Positions 24,640-36,730 of a stretch of 64,000 bases of DNA are shown one piece after another. How positions within the stretch are numbered: position 1 is the first letter of the stretch; every line of letters begins with the position of its first letter. The notes under the pieces were generated by a model that saw only the letters and a program-made list of their open reading frames with translations, was not told where the DNA came from and searched no databases. This DNA comes from Hypanus sabinus (lineage: Eukaryota), in assembly GCF_030144855.1 (NCBI RefSeq), contig NC_082706.1, positions 117,118,001-117,182,000 on the forward strand, in the 5' to 3' direction. The position numbers and the translations under genes are program-made.

Positions 24640-27256
24640 CTAGGAAATGACCTACCAAGGGGATGCTGCTGTGAAGGGGTCTCTGGCTCAGAAGGGAAGC
24701 AGTGAGAAGAGGAGAGCTTTGTCATAGGGCATTCCATAACTAGAGGAGCAAAAAGCAGTGGATGAGAAAGAGATACCCAGGTGGTATGTTGCCTCCCAGG
24801 TGCAAGAATTAACAGTTTCTCAGATCTGGTCCACAACATTCTAAAAAGGGAGGGTGAACAGCTGGAAGTTGTGGTATGTATTGGTATCAAGGACATTGAT
24901 ACAGAAACGGAGGAAGTCCTGAAGCGAGAATATAGAGAATTAGGTAGAAACATAGAAAACATACAGCACAATACAGGCCCTTCGGCCCACAAAGCTGTGT
25001 CAAACATGTCCCTACCTTAGAATTACCTAGGCTTTACCCATCGCCTTCTATTTTTCTAAGCTCCACGTAGCCATCCATGAGCCTCTTAAAAGACCCTATC
25101 ATTTTCGCCTCCACCACAGCCTCCGGCAGCCCATTCCATGCACTCACCACTCCGTGCTTAAAAAACTTACCCCTGACATCTCCTCTGTACCTACTTCCAA
25201 GCACCTTAAAACTGTGCCCTCTTGTGCCAGCCAATTCAGCCCTGGGCTGAAAAGCAGGACCTCCAGGGTAATAATCTCTGGATTTGTGCCTGTGCTACAT
25301 GCTAGTAAGAGTAAGAATAGGATGATTTAGCAGATTAATGCATGGCTGATGAATTGGTGCAGGAGCAGTGTTACAGATTTCTGGATCTATTCTGGGGCAA
25401 GCATGAACTGTATAGAAAGGGCAGGTTATACTTGAACCCAAGGGGGACCAATATCCTTGTGGTTAGGTTTGCGAGAGCTGTTGGGGAGGATTTAAAGTAA
25501 TTTGGCATGGACATGGGAAACGGAGTGATAGGGCTGAGGATGGAGCAGCTAGTATACAACTAGATGCAATGTGTAGTGAGACTGTGAGGAAGGACAGGCA
25601 GATAATAGGGAAAAATTACAGTCAATAGGATAAGTTAAAGTGCAGCAGGTGGCCAAAATCAAAACAGGTGATGAATACAGGACTGAAGATGTTATATTTG
25701 AATGCACACATTATACGGAATAATGTAGTTTATCTTGTAGCGCAGTTAGAGATTGGCAGGTACAATGTTGTGGGCATCTCTGAGTCGTGGCTGAAAGAAG
25801 ATCAGAGTTAACATCCAGGCATATACATTGTATCAAACGTACAGGCAAAAGGAGTGCGATGGCTTTGTTGGTAAAAAAAATGCAATTAATTCCTTCAAAA
25901 TAAGTGGGATGCGATCAGAAGATGTAGAATCTTAGTGGGTGAAGTTAGAGAAACTGCAAGGGTAAACTCGCCTCCAAACAGTAGCCAATATGTTGGCTAC
26001 AAATTACAATGGGAGATAAAAAAAATAAGGAAAAAGTGCAACGTTGCAATAATCATAGGGGAATTCAATACGTAGGTAGATTGGGAAAATCAGGTTGGTG
26101 CTGGTTCCCAAGAGAGGGAATTTGTAGAACATCTATACATGACATTTTAGAGCAGCTTGTGGTTGAGCTCAATGGGGGAACAGCAATTCTGGATTAGGTG
26201 TTCTGTATTGCCCCAGATTTGGCAGAAAAGCAATGGCTGGTGTTTCTGAGGGAAACGTGGAAGGTACAAGATAGATACCTAAAGGGAGGATAAGGGGATA
26301 AAGCAACCTGGCTGACAAGGGAAGTCAATGACAGCATAAAAACTAGAGACAGCAGATAATATCACAAAAATTAGTGGGAAGTTAAAGGATTGGGAAGATT
26401 TAAAAAATGACCAGAAGGTAACTAAAAAATACCTTAAAGAGAGAAAAGATGAAATATGAAGGTAAGTGGATATAAAAGTGGATACTATTTTATGGCATAA
26501 GAAATGGACTATTTTCTAAATAGGAGAAAAATTCCAAAATCAGAGGTGCAAAGAGACTTGTGAGTCTTTATGCAGAATTTTTTAAAGGTTAAATAGCAGA
26601 CTGAGTTGGTGGTAAGAAAGGCAAATGCAATGTTAGTATTCATTTTGAGAAGACTAGAATATAAAAGGAAGCATGTAATGCTAAGGCTTTATTAGGCATT
26701 GATCAGACTGCACTTGGATCACTATGACCAGTTTTGGGCCCATTATCTATGAATAGATGTGCTGGCATTGGAGAGGGTCCAGAAGAGATTCATGAAAATG
26801 ATCCCAGGAATGAAAAGTTTAACATATAAAGAGTATTTTATGGCTCTAGGTCTGTACTCACAGGATTTTGGAAGAATGAAGGGGGATCTCATTGAAATCT
26901 TTTGAATATTGAAAGTCCTAGATAGAATTGATGTGGGGAGGATGTTTCCTAAACTGGGGAAGTCTAGGACCGGAGGGCACAGCCTCAGAATAGAGGGACT
27001 TCCATTTAGAACAGAGATTAGGAATAATTTCTTTAGACAGAGTTTGGTGAATCTGTGGAATTCATTGCCACAGTTAGTTATGTGCACGCCAACTCATTGT
27101 GTATAGTTAAGATGGAGGTTGATAGGTTCTTAATTAATTAGCACATCAAAGGTTACATAGAGAAGGCAAGAGAATGGGGTTGAGAGGGAAAATAAATCAA
27201 CCATAAATCAGAATAGAGGAGCAGACTCGATGGCCTAATTCTCATCTTATGGTCTT
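24640..27256 (+). mobile_element. CR1 LINE with ORF1 SGNH-esterase, partial endonuclease and 3' RT; internally deleted
   Basis: ORF1 'VIGHSITRG..VVCCLPGARI..EQLEVVVCIG'; EN start 'LKMLYLNA' ~25683; 3' 'SRTGGHSLRIEG.PFRTEIRNNFF..VNLWNSLP'; 3'UTR to ~27256. Confidence 0.9.
24945..25245 (-). mobile_element. Young CR1 3' fragment inserted antisense into CR1 ORF1
   Basis: ORF 25034-25234 'TRGHSFKVLGSRYRGDVRGKFF..VVSAWNGLP'; nearly the same sequence as 55418-55715; (CATAGAAA)-type tail. Confidence 0.92.
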
Positions 27257-27739
27257 GCAACTCTAAGAAATTGGATCTGTAGCTCAATTCTATTCATCTC
27301 TTTGTATCCAATATCTTTTGGTCTTCTTACCTGACTAAAATCTATTGACATTATTCTTGATCCAGAATTAACAGCAGTTTGAAAGAGAGAATGCTCTAGA
27401 TTTTATTACCGATTAAGATAATTTCCTCTTGTTTTGCAATAACTACCAAATGAAATAATTCTTCTGTTTTATTATTTTATTGCTTTTGATCAGGTTGCGG
27501 TTAAACTTAGTGCAATATAATATTGATTCAACTTTTTCCTCTTTAAAGGCATGTGCTTTAACTGATCAGAATTCTACTTTTGGTTTCAAGTTCAAATGTT
27601 TTATATGTCTTGATGTTTGTTCACTCTCCATTTCAATGTTCTTATTTGACTGTTAGCTGAGTAACCCCATAACACCTGGGCAACTGAGAGCTTTGATGAT
27701 GGATGCTGCTTTTCTACTGGAATATTTCATGCAGCTGTG

Positions 27740-28920
27740 CTCAATTGCTCATACTAGCAGTATGATGGAAGTTCCACGTATCAAGGATCATGAAGTGTGT
27801 GAAGTTACCATTACTAGGGAGAAGGATCTTGGGAAACTAGAAGGTCAGAATGCAGATAAATCACCTGGACCAGATGAGCTCTGAAAGAAGTGGCTGAAAA
27901 GATTGTGGAGGGATTAGTAATGACCTTTCAAGAATCACTAAATCCTGGAATGTTTCTGGGAGACAGGAAAATTGCATATATCATCCACTCTTCAAGAAGG
28001 GAGAGAGGCTGAATAAAGGAAACTATAGGCCAGTTAGTCTGACGTCTGTGGTTGGGAAGATGTTGGAATTGATCATTAAGGATGTGTTCTTAGGATACTT
28101 GGAGGCACAGAATAAAATAGGCCATAGTCAACATGGTTTCCTCAAGAGAAAATTGTGCCTTACAAATCTGATGGAATTCTATAAAGAATTAACAAGTAGT
28201 ATTGACAAAGGAGAATCAGTTAATGTTAAGTACTTGGATTTTCAGAAGGCCTTTGACAAGGTGCCACGCATAAGGCTGCTTAACAAGCTATGAGCACATG
28301 ACATTACAGAAAAGATTCTAGAATGGATAAAGCAGTAGCTGAGTAGCAGCATTATGAATGGGAGTATTATGAGCAATTTTGGGCCCCTTAGAAAAAATGT
28401 GCTGAAATTGAAGAGGGTTCAAAGGAGGTTCAGGAAAATGACTCCCGCATTGAATGGTGTGCCACATGAAGGGTGTTTGATGGCTCTGGGCCGTATTCAC
28501 CAGAATTCTGAAAAATGAGGGGCAACCTCATTGAAAACTATCACATGGTGAAAGGCCTTGATAGAGTGGATGTGGAGAGCATGTTTCCTGTGGTAGAAAT
28601 GTCTAAGTCCAGAGGACACAGCCTCAGAATAGAGGGTTGTCCTTTTAGAATGAAGAGGAGGAAGATTTTCTTTAGCCGGAGAGTGGTGAATCTGTGGAAT
28701 TCTTTACCCCTGGCAGCTCTGGAGGCCAGATCTTTAAGTACTTGTATACTTAAAGCAAAGTTTGATAGATTCTTGATTGGTCGGGGCATGAAGAGATACG
28801 GGAAGAAAGCAGGGGATTATGGCTGAGAGGAAAATCGGATCAGCCATGAAGAAATGATGGAACAGACTTAAAGGGCCACATGACCTAATTCTGCTCCTAT
28901 ATTTTATGGTGTTATAGTTT
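27740..28920 (+). mobile_element. CR1 LINE RT fragment with internal deletion and 3'UTR
   Basis: 'KSPGPD', 'NYRPVSLTSVVGKMLE', 'QHGFLK..CLTNLMEF', 'YLDFQKAFDKVP', 'GHSLRIEG'. Confidence 0.92.
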
Positions 28921-30749
28921 TAAAATATCTTCTGTCACTTTCCCTGACGTGATCAAGGAGCTTTGATCTGAAGCATTAATATTGTTTCTCTTCCATAGTT
29001 TGATCTGCTTAGTGCTTCCAGCTTATTCTGTTTTTATCTTTGCAATCCGCTTTCATATTTAATATTTTAAGCCTGACATTATTTTGATATTAATGCAAGA
29101 TAATATTTGCTTTATGATGGGTTTCATTGAAAAATCTTACTTATGATTCTTAAATCTGCACACAATAATTTGGGAAGTGTTCTACACTATTGAAATGAAC
29201 ACCCTTTCTTTATTTCTATACTTCTACTGAATAAATAGATTATTCCATTAGATTTCTGATTTTTATTTTCCCCTGTCCTGACTTTATGGATGGGTGCCAA
29301 GGTATCACATCCCACATAAACATCCCTCGATAAGCTGAAGTGCCTGTTTCTGTGAGGCATAACCCCAGGCAGAGCATCCAGAAGAAACAGACACAATTAC
29401 AAAAAGAACTCACAAACTTCCCTTCAAACTTCCTGGACATTTCATATCTTCTCTTTTTATGTAAGTCTTCCAATTTGGCTTCCACAAAAAAAAGTTCAGT
29501 AGCCTCATGTATTCCCACATTTGTCTTGACATGGCTCATTGTATGTCTTAATTCCATTCACTTAATTTACTGTCTACCAGTTGTACAACTGTGACATTTC
29601 ATTCTCTGGCATTTTTATTCAATTCTTTGGAAAATATTGTGACATTAGTATAGGTTTCTAATGTATTCTACAATTAGCAGATTTGTTTTGTTATTGGTCT
29701 ATCTTCTTCCTCTCAAATAATAATTACTATGTTATTAGTGCTATCTTTCCATAGAGTTAATATTTTAAAGGGTTATTATTCTATATAGTTGTATTCTTTG
29801 CCAATGATCTCTTTTTGAATTCCACTTAGAAAACATGTATTGGTCATTTTACTCTTCATCCTGCTGAACTTACAGCATTGAGTCATAAATTCATTATTCT
29901 CTTTGACATGTTGCTCGTTCAAATGTTCATTTATTATTCTGATGAAAGATGCCACTGACCTCCCTGAGCTTGATCATGTAAGTTGCTGTTGGACCAAATA
30001 AGTGATAAGAGAGAAACAAAAGATAACGAAGCAGATAATATGTAAATGAGTAGGTTGGCTAATATGGAGAAAGGAAGTACGAACATCTCGCAAATGTTAA
30101 GTACAGAAAGAGTGCTCTGCTGTTGGTTTTACCAAATGAGATCCCCTCTGCAGTTTCAATGTACAAACTCGTGGAAAAATCTGACTTGTTTTAAATTTTG
30201 TTGCCGTTGGATTTTACACTGATTTGAGATGATTGGACAATAAGTAAACTTTAATTTTCTCATTGATGTTACAATTTAGAAATGAATATTTAGGAAAGGA
30301 ACATTAACAATTCATGTATTGTGCTCCATTCATACACTTGTAACATCAGCTATTATTCACAGACTGCTCCTTTGTTATGCCATTATCTAGAGTGAGGTTC
30401 ACCCACTTCCTGTTTGTCACTCAATCAATGAAGAAACTCAGTTTATTTTATTGTGTGTCTTCCTAAATCACTTTCAACACCATTTTCCTGAGCTAAAGTA
30501 CTTCATTTAGTGTGTTTAACTGTGGTGCTTGCATGTTTATCAATGCAACATCCTATTAAAATATTGAGTTGGACCCTGTTAGCTGGAATGGTAGTTCTGA
30601 TGATTAACTTCACACTGGACATGGCATGAGTTCCAACAACATGTCATTTGAAACCATTTGACTAAGCGTGACATCAAGGAGGAAGCATCCTTATGTTTGC
30701 TAATGCTTACATGATGTCTATTTCTAACTACACCTCACAATATGAACTG

Positions 30750-31790
30750 ATTAACACCAATGCATCTGGCAACTGGGAGCCTTTCAAAAGTGAGATGGTA
30801 AAAGTCAGGTCTTCTGTGTTTCCATCAGAGTGAAAGGCAAGGTTGGTAAGATTAAAGAACGTTGCTTGACCTGGTTATTGAGGACCTGGTTAGGAAACAT
30901 AAGGAGATTTATGACAGGCATAGGTAGCTGGGCTCAAACTGTCTATAAATGATATAGAAGTATACTTAAGATATAAACTTGGAGAAAAATAAAAGGCCAG
31001 AAATTTCTTTCAGAACATTAGAAGTAAAAGTGTAGCAAGAGAGAGAATAAGGCTCAGTGCATTCATCCACGTCTGGACCCACAGGAAAAAGTTAAGTTCT
31101 CAAATGAATACTTCTCATCTGATTTAACTGTGGAGAAGGACATTACTGACTTTAAGAGGGGGAACAGTCATAGCCTGATGCAAATCAACACTAAAAAGGA
31201 GGCAATTTTGGAGATCTTGAAATGCACAAAAACAGAAAAATCACCATGGCCTCTTCAGGTGTATATTAGAATGCTCTACCAAGCAACAAAGGACCTTGCA
31301 GAGATCTTTGTGCCTGCATTGGGTACAGGTGAAGTACCAGAGGACGGCTTATATTGTGCTTTTATTTAAGAAGGGCAAGAAGGAAAAGCCAGGAAGACAC
31401 AGGTCAGTGAGCATTGTATCTCTGGATAGAAAGTTAATGGAAAGGATTTTGAGGGACAGGATTAATTAGCATTTGGAAAGACAAGAACTGATTCAGCATG
31501 GCCTTATGTGTGGGAACTCACGTCTCATAAACTTGATAGATTATCTTGAAGAGTGAATAATAGGTTGATAGGCTTGATAAGGGGTGGTGGAGTTTGACAA
31601 GACCTTTAACAAAGTCCCACATGGACAGAAAGTTAGAATACAAAGAATCTAGTGTAAGCAAGTCAATGAATACAAATTTGTGGTGGTAGAAGGCAGAGGG
31701 TGGTAAAGGAAGAATTGGTTTACAGATTGGACACCTGTGACCATTGTTGTGACCTATAGTAATGATTTGGCTAAGACTATAGTTTGCATA
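30750..31790 (+). mobile_element. Old CR1 ORF2 fragment
   Basis: 'LNEYFSS', 'KSPWP..VYIRML', 'GTGEVPED', decayed 'KTFNKVPH'. Confidence 0.8.
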
Positions 31791-31809
31791 GTAAGTAACT
31801 CTGCAGTGA

Positions 31810-32030
31810 ACACTATTTGCATTTGGCACATATCCCTTTAAACCTTTCCTGATCATGTATCTGTCCAAGAACCTTTGAAATGCTGTTAATATTCCTGCCT
31901 CAACCACTTTGTCTGGCAACTCATTCCATAGACTGACCACTCCCTGGGTGAAAAACCTTTCCCCTCTCACTGTAAATCAATGCTGTATTATTCTTGAATC
32001 TGCAGCCCTGGGGAAAAGATGGTGCATCCT
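31810..32030 (-). mobile_element. CR1 3' fragment
   Basis: 'RGERFFTQGVVSLWNELPDKVVEAG..FQRFLDRYMIRKGLKGY'. Confidence 0.85.
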
Positions 32031-32336
32031 TTGATGTTGCAGCATTCGTGGAGTTTGGCATTTAGCTTGCAGATGTTTCATCACCAGTCGAGGTGATTCC
32101 ATGAGGCTTGAGCAGTCCAACTGTCATTTCTGATATGTTTTTGATGTTGGGGAAAGCCGCACATTTCAGAACAATGCAACCCACAGAATTTCATCGGGAG
32201 ATGCTTACTAAGGAGAGAAATTCGCGCAGATCTTACTCAACCTGTATTGAAATGTGTGACAAGTCAAAACTGGGACAATTCCTGTCTGTGGTATTTGCTA
32301 GTACTCTTGGGGAGGCTTCAAACTGGAATGGAAGAG

Positions 32337-33167
32337 TGTTATGAATGTGAAGCAACTCTGAGGGGCCGAAGGGTACAAAGTCACCCCCTCCTTTTTGAGA
32401 ACCACAAGATCGCTATTAATTCAGGTCTGGGACCCAGGAAATGACAGAGAGACGTCCAGAGTACACAAGGTTTGGAATGTGTCCTGACCTCAGAGAAACC
32501 GAACCACTGATAACGGCCATTGTCTCTTGGAGACAGAATTGTGTATTGAGTACTGTACTATTCATTGAAACCCCTCAGGGGACAACCAGAGTGGGCTGGT
32601 TGAAGGATTGCATCATCCCAACCTGGTTGACATCTGAGACCCCGTGAGTAAGGATAAAAGAGGGTCTGGGGAACAACCCCTTTAGACACACCAGGAGAAA
32701 CACTGAAAATCCAGTGACAGCGTTTTATAGCAATAGCCAGTGGGGGCTCGTGTGCGTCCTCCCTTGTCCTCCATTTAGCTAAAGGAGAGGCCACAAGTGA
32801 AAGGCCACTACAACAAGACTCCTGATGGATTGAAATCATAAAAGGAAAGCTGGCAAGTTTTTCTCAAAATCTCTCTCTCTCTCCAACAATTGCAACACAA
32901 CGGCTGCAGCCTGCATGAACTGAGTGAACTTTATATTTCCATCGGACAATACATTATCCCTTGACAACGACAGAGCTTATTTCTTATTGATTATTATTAT
33001 ACTCGCACTTTTAGATTTAGTATTGACGATGTATATTATCTGTATAATTGCATTGATATTATTTTTGTGTATTTTTACTAATAAATACTGTTAAAAATAG
33101 TATTATCAGACTTCAATGGACGTCTCCATCTTTGCTGGTAAGTGACCCAGTTACGGGGTTCGTAACA
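32337..33167 (+). mobile_element. Solo LTR (831 bp), 4-bp TSD AGAG
   Basis: TGTTATGAA...TTCGTAACA termini; AGAG at 32333-36 and 33168-71; AATAAA near 33080; homologous to 45540-46364. Confidence 0.92.
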
Positions 33168-33824
33168 AGAGGGAGTGCAACTTAAATTGAATAACTAAAG
33201 AGAGAAGAACAAGGACAGAATTAACAGAAAGAACAATAGAAAGCAAAAACAGAAGGAGATTGAGAATGACAGGCAAATTGGGCAACAGTGCAAGTATGAA
33301 TATTTTTTTAAAAGGGCAAGCTTAAAGGAAAATGAAAACAGACAATAAGTTTGTTTAAATATTGTACAGTATATTAGTAGGTAAAGGAGGACTGTTAATA
33401 TTACCCCTAAGTTAATACAGGCTCAATGGCCCAATGCAGGGTCCTGTTGCAGAGTCCCAACATTGAAAACCAACAATTCTTCCCCAATCCCCAACCCTCT
33501 CAGATTCTTGTCAACCAACTGAGTTTCTCTAGCAGTTTGTTTCTGGTCCAGATTCCAGTATTTGCAATCTGTGTCTCAAGGGACCAGATTCTCTTCTGTT
33601 CCAATAAAAATACAACGCCCTACTTGGTAATATGATTTGTCAACCTTTATTTTAAAATATCCTCACTCACATTCTAACTAATTGATTTTTCTTCATTTGT
33701 CCTGGATGCACATATTATCTACTGCAGCATTTTAGTAGCCCATGTAATAAACTATGGCTAGTCATCTCCTTAATCAGAAACAACAAAAAATCTGTTAGCA
33801 ACCAACGAATATTGAGGATCAGGA

Positions 33825-33910
33825 TTAGTGATGATGCAGGCTTTTGACCTGAAATGATGACAATTCCTTTCTTCCATAGATGCTGCACAACCCACTGAGT
33901 ACGTCATCAA
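33825..33910 (+). mobile_element. Penelope-type pLTR end (variant subfamily)
   Basis: 'tgatgcaggcttttgacctgaaatgatgacaattcctttcttccatagatgctgcacaacccactgagt'. Confidence 0.55.
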
Positions 33911-33914
33911 CAAC

Positions 33915-34515
33915 ACAGACAAGGGACTTGTGTGGATTGGGATATATAGCCAACAGACCATTGTGGACTAAATTTAATGGCTCCCCTAGGGTCAGTGAGA
34001 TGTCACAGGCTCCAGAGTTGGAGTTCGATGCAAGCAGCAGGAGTAATGTCCAATGGCCCTCAGGGTTTATGAATTAGTGGAACTGGAGTTCAAGGCCTAG
34101 TGTTCAGTAATTAGAGGGTCCTGGGTTGATGCCAAGGATCAAGCCTGAGAGTCGAATTAGGGTTCTGGAAATTGAGGCTCATTGGCCAGAGCCTTGGTGT
34201 GAGAATCTCTGTGAGTCTGCTGGGGAAGTCGAAGGCCGAATGTCTGCATGTCCACATCCAAATATAAATCCAAGTCCAGGTCTGATTGGAGGCTGACGGC
34301 CAAAGAATACGGACTGTGCATGTGGGCTTGCTTTACTGTTGTTTGTTGTGTTGTGTTTGTGCTGTTCTGCCAAACATAATAGACATGTTGGAATGTGTGC
34401 CGACACTTGGGGTCTGCCCCTCAGCACACCTTTTTCTGAATTGGTTACTAACACACATGACACATTTTACTGTTTGCTTCAGTATGCACGTGACAAATAA
34501 ACAAGACTCTTGAAC
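33915..34515 (+). repeat. Non-coding retroposon-like repeat; tail shared with 19707-20170
   Basis: 3' part 'cagcacac..cattttactgtttg..cacgtgacaaataaa' is the reverse complement of the host repeat at 19707-20160. Confidence 0.55.
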
Positions 34516-34779
34516 AATATTCCAGCGACCCCTTGTCCCTTGTATCTCCCCTTCTTAAAAAGTTTAAATAAGCACATGAATAAATGAAAATTTTTTTAAA
34601 AAATCTAAACTAAAATCTAAAAATGCTCAGTAGGTCAGGCCACATCTGTGGTATGACAGCTTATTTGATTTTATTTTTACACATAATAGTTGCTTGCAAT
34701 CTGCTTCCACAGCCTTTTTGATTTCTTTTTCTGATCAAGCTATGTTCCCAAATAGCTGGTAAATCAAGTTTTGGGAAGG

Positions 34780-35280
34780 TCTTTCACACATTTGCTTGGT
34801 CGAGCAATGCCCCTTGTAATTACCGTCCACTTCTTTGAATGGCTGCAGCTCTGAATAAACTCAGGAAGTGTGACACCATTCAGGACCAAGCAATCCATTC
34901 AATTAATAACCTACCTTCCATTTTTAATATCCATTACTTCACCAGCATCCAACAGCCACTGTAGTGAGCATCAAATGATTAAATCAGCTGCGGTTACTTA
35001 CCAAGATTATTCTCTCAGAACCTCCCAACCCATGGTCATTACCACCAAGAAGCATAAGTGCTGCAGGCAATACCTGCAAATTCCCTTCCACGGGGAATAT
35101 ATTGCTGTCCCTTTTTTGCCACTGGCTCAATATCTTGAAACTCACTTGTGCAAGTTCCTTCACTGTAAACACTGCAACAGTTTAAGGATATAATTCTCCT
35201 TTTCTTTCTTTTGGGTAATGAGGAATGGCCAATAAATGTTGCCTTGTTAGCAATACCCATCTCGAGAAGAACAAATCAAT
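34780..35280 (+). mobile_element. Old CR1/L2-group LINE 3' end
   Basis: 'gacaccattcaggaccaagca..cctgcaaattcccttcca..atattgctgtccctt..gccaataaatgttgccttgttagc', recognised from memory as a chondrichthyan LINE tail. Confidence 0.55.
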
Positions 35281-35404
35281 GACAAAAATTCTATCAGCAA
35301 AAGACTAAAGTTGAAACCATGGTGCCTGAAAGAAGAATAATAGTGGGATTAGCAACATAAGCTTAAAGTCACACAAGTATAAGCTGCAAATGTGAAAACT
35401 TTTA

Positions 35405-35600
35405 CAGAGAACATAGAAAAATACAGTACAAAAACAGGCCCCTTGGCCCAAAATATAGTACCAAGCTAAATAAATTATTAATCAAATGCCCAACTCAACT
35501 AATCCCTTTTGTCTATACAATGTCCATATCTTTCTTTTCATACAAGTTTATGAGGCTCTCCAGGAACCTCTTCAATGCCTCTATCATATTGGCTTCCATG
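35405..35600 (-). mobile_element. CR1 3' tail
   Basis: 'gaacatagaaaaatacagtacaaaaacaggcccttggccca'. Confidence 0.7.
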
Positions 35601-36489
35601 CATGCATGCCGTTAACAGTGTGCCTGAGGGATATGCCTTTAGTGTCTGGAGACTTACAGGTAATTTGCTGGCAACACTTGGCTGAATTCACCATGGTAAA
35701 CATTCTGCTGTGTTTCCAAACCTTTCCTTTTAATTTATTGAATCTGTTTTGTTGTCAGTGAGCTCATGCCAATTAAACCGTGATTGCTCATTTGCTAATT
35801 AGCGTAATGATTTCAGTCAACAGTAACAGACTCATTGTATTTAACTGTCATCTAAAACTGAATCTTAAAAACAAAGTTAAAAGAAGCTTTTACTCTTTAT
35901 CAGGAATTAAGTGCAATTGACAAAATCAACTTATTCCTATCCCTAGCTATCCTAAGAAGCTATGGGGACTTCCATCTCACAATGCCGCAAATCCTACCTT
36001 TTAGCAGTTTAATATAACTGAATAATCTGTTAGACTTTTAGAAAATGCAGCTAACTTCAAGGTCACTTTCATTGATACCAATGCTTTATTTTTAAACTAA
36101 ATTCAAATTTGCAAACTGCTGCACTGGGACTCAGGGTGAGGTTCGTCTGCAGAGCTTGTACTGTATGCATAACCACCGCCGTGCAAATACATGCAAGAAT
36201 TGTGATTTAATGCGACCGTGAAAACAGTCTTCTCCCTCTACATTGCCTGCAGCTTTCTTTTATTACTTAGTGCTCTGAACCACTATATTTAAAATGTCTG
36301 CACACTTTATAGGTTTTAGGGTCAATGTATCTCCATTGTATTTTCTCATCTTGGCATTATCATTTCTGGAATACAGACCATCAGCCACTTGATGCGTTCA
36401 ACCTTTTTTTATCATAAGGCCAGCATCTTGCCCAAGGCAATTAGGAGCAGCCTTCTTGACGTGGAAGGCTTCTGAGTCCAAAGTCTCAC

Positions 36490-36730
36490 AGAAACAGAGA
36501 ATCATCTTGCCTGTTTGAAAGAGCAATCAAATTAATTTCACTTCCTGGCTCTTTCCGCTTCAGGTGTTTCTTTTTCAAGCATATATTCAATTTTCTTTTG
36601 AAAGTTACTGTTTCCACTGCCCTTTTAGGTAATGGTTTCCAAACCATTACCGCATACTGTGTAAAAACAATTCTTTTCCTCTCCTCCTTTGCTTTTAAGA
36701 CCATAAGACATAAGAGCAGAATTCATACAA
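36490..36730 (-). mobile_element. Old CR1 3' fragment plus a short CR1 tail
   Basis: 'RKRIVFTQYAVMVWKPLPKRAVETVTFKRKLNICL' is a decayed CR1 C-terminus. Confidence 0.7.

Noticed and set aside
29240-29557. 105-aa minus-strand ORF in non-repeat DNA
   Set aside because: No recognisable domain or convincing splice signals; this length is expected by chance.
30668-30720. Imperfect hairpin GACATCA..AAGCAT..ATGCTT..TGATGTC as a pre-miRNA
   Set aside because: The stem is interrupted by large asymmetric loops and matches no miRNA I recognise.
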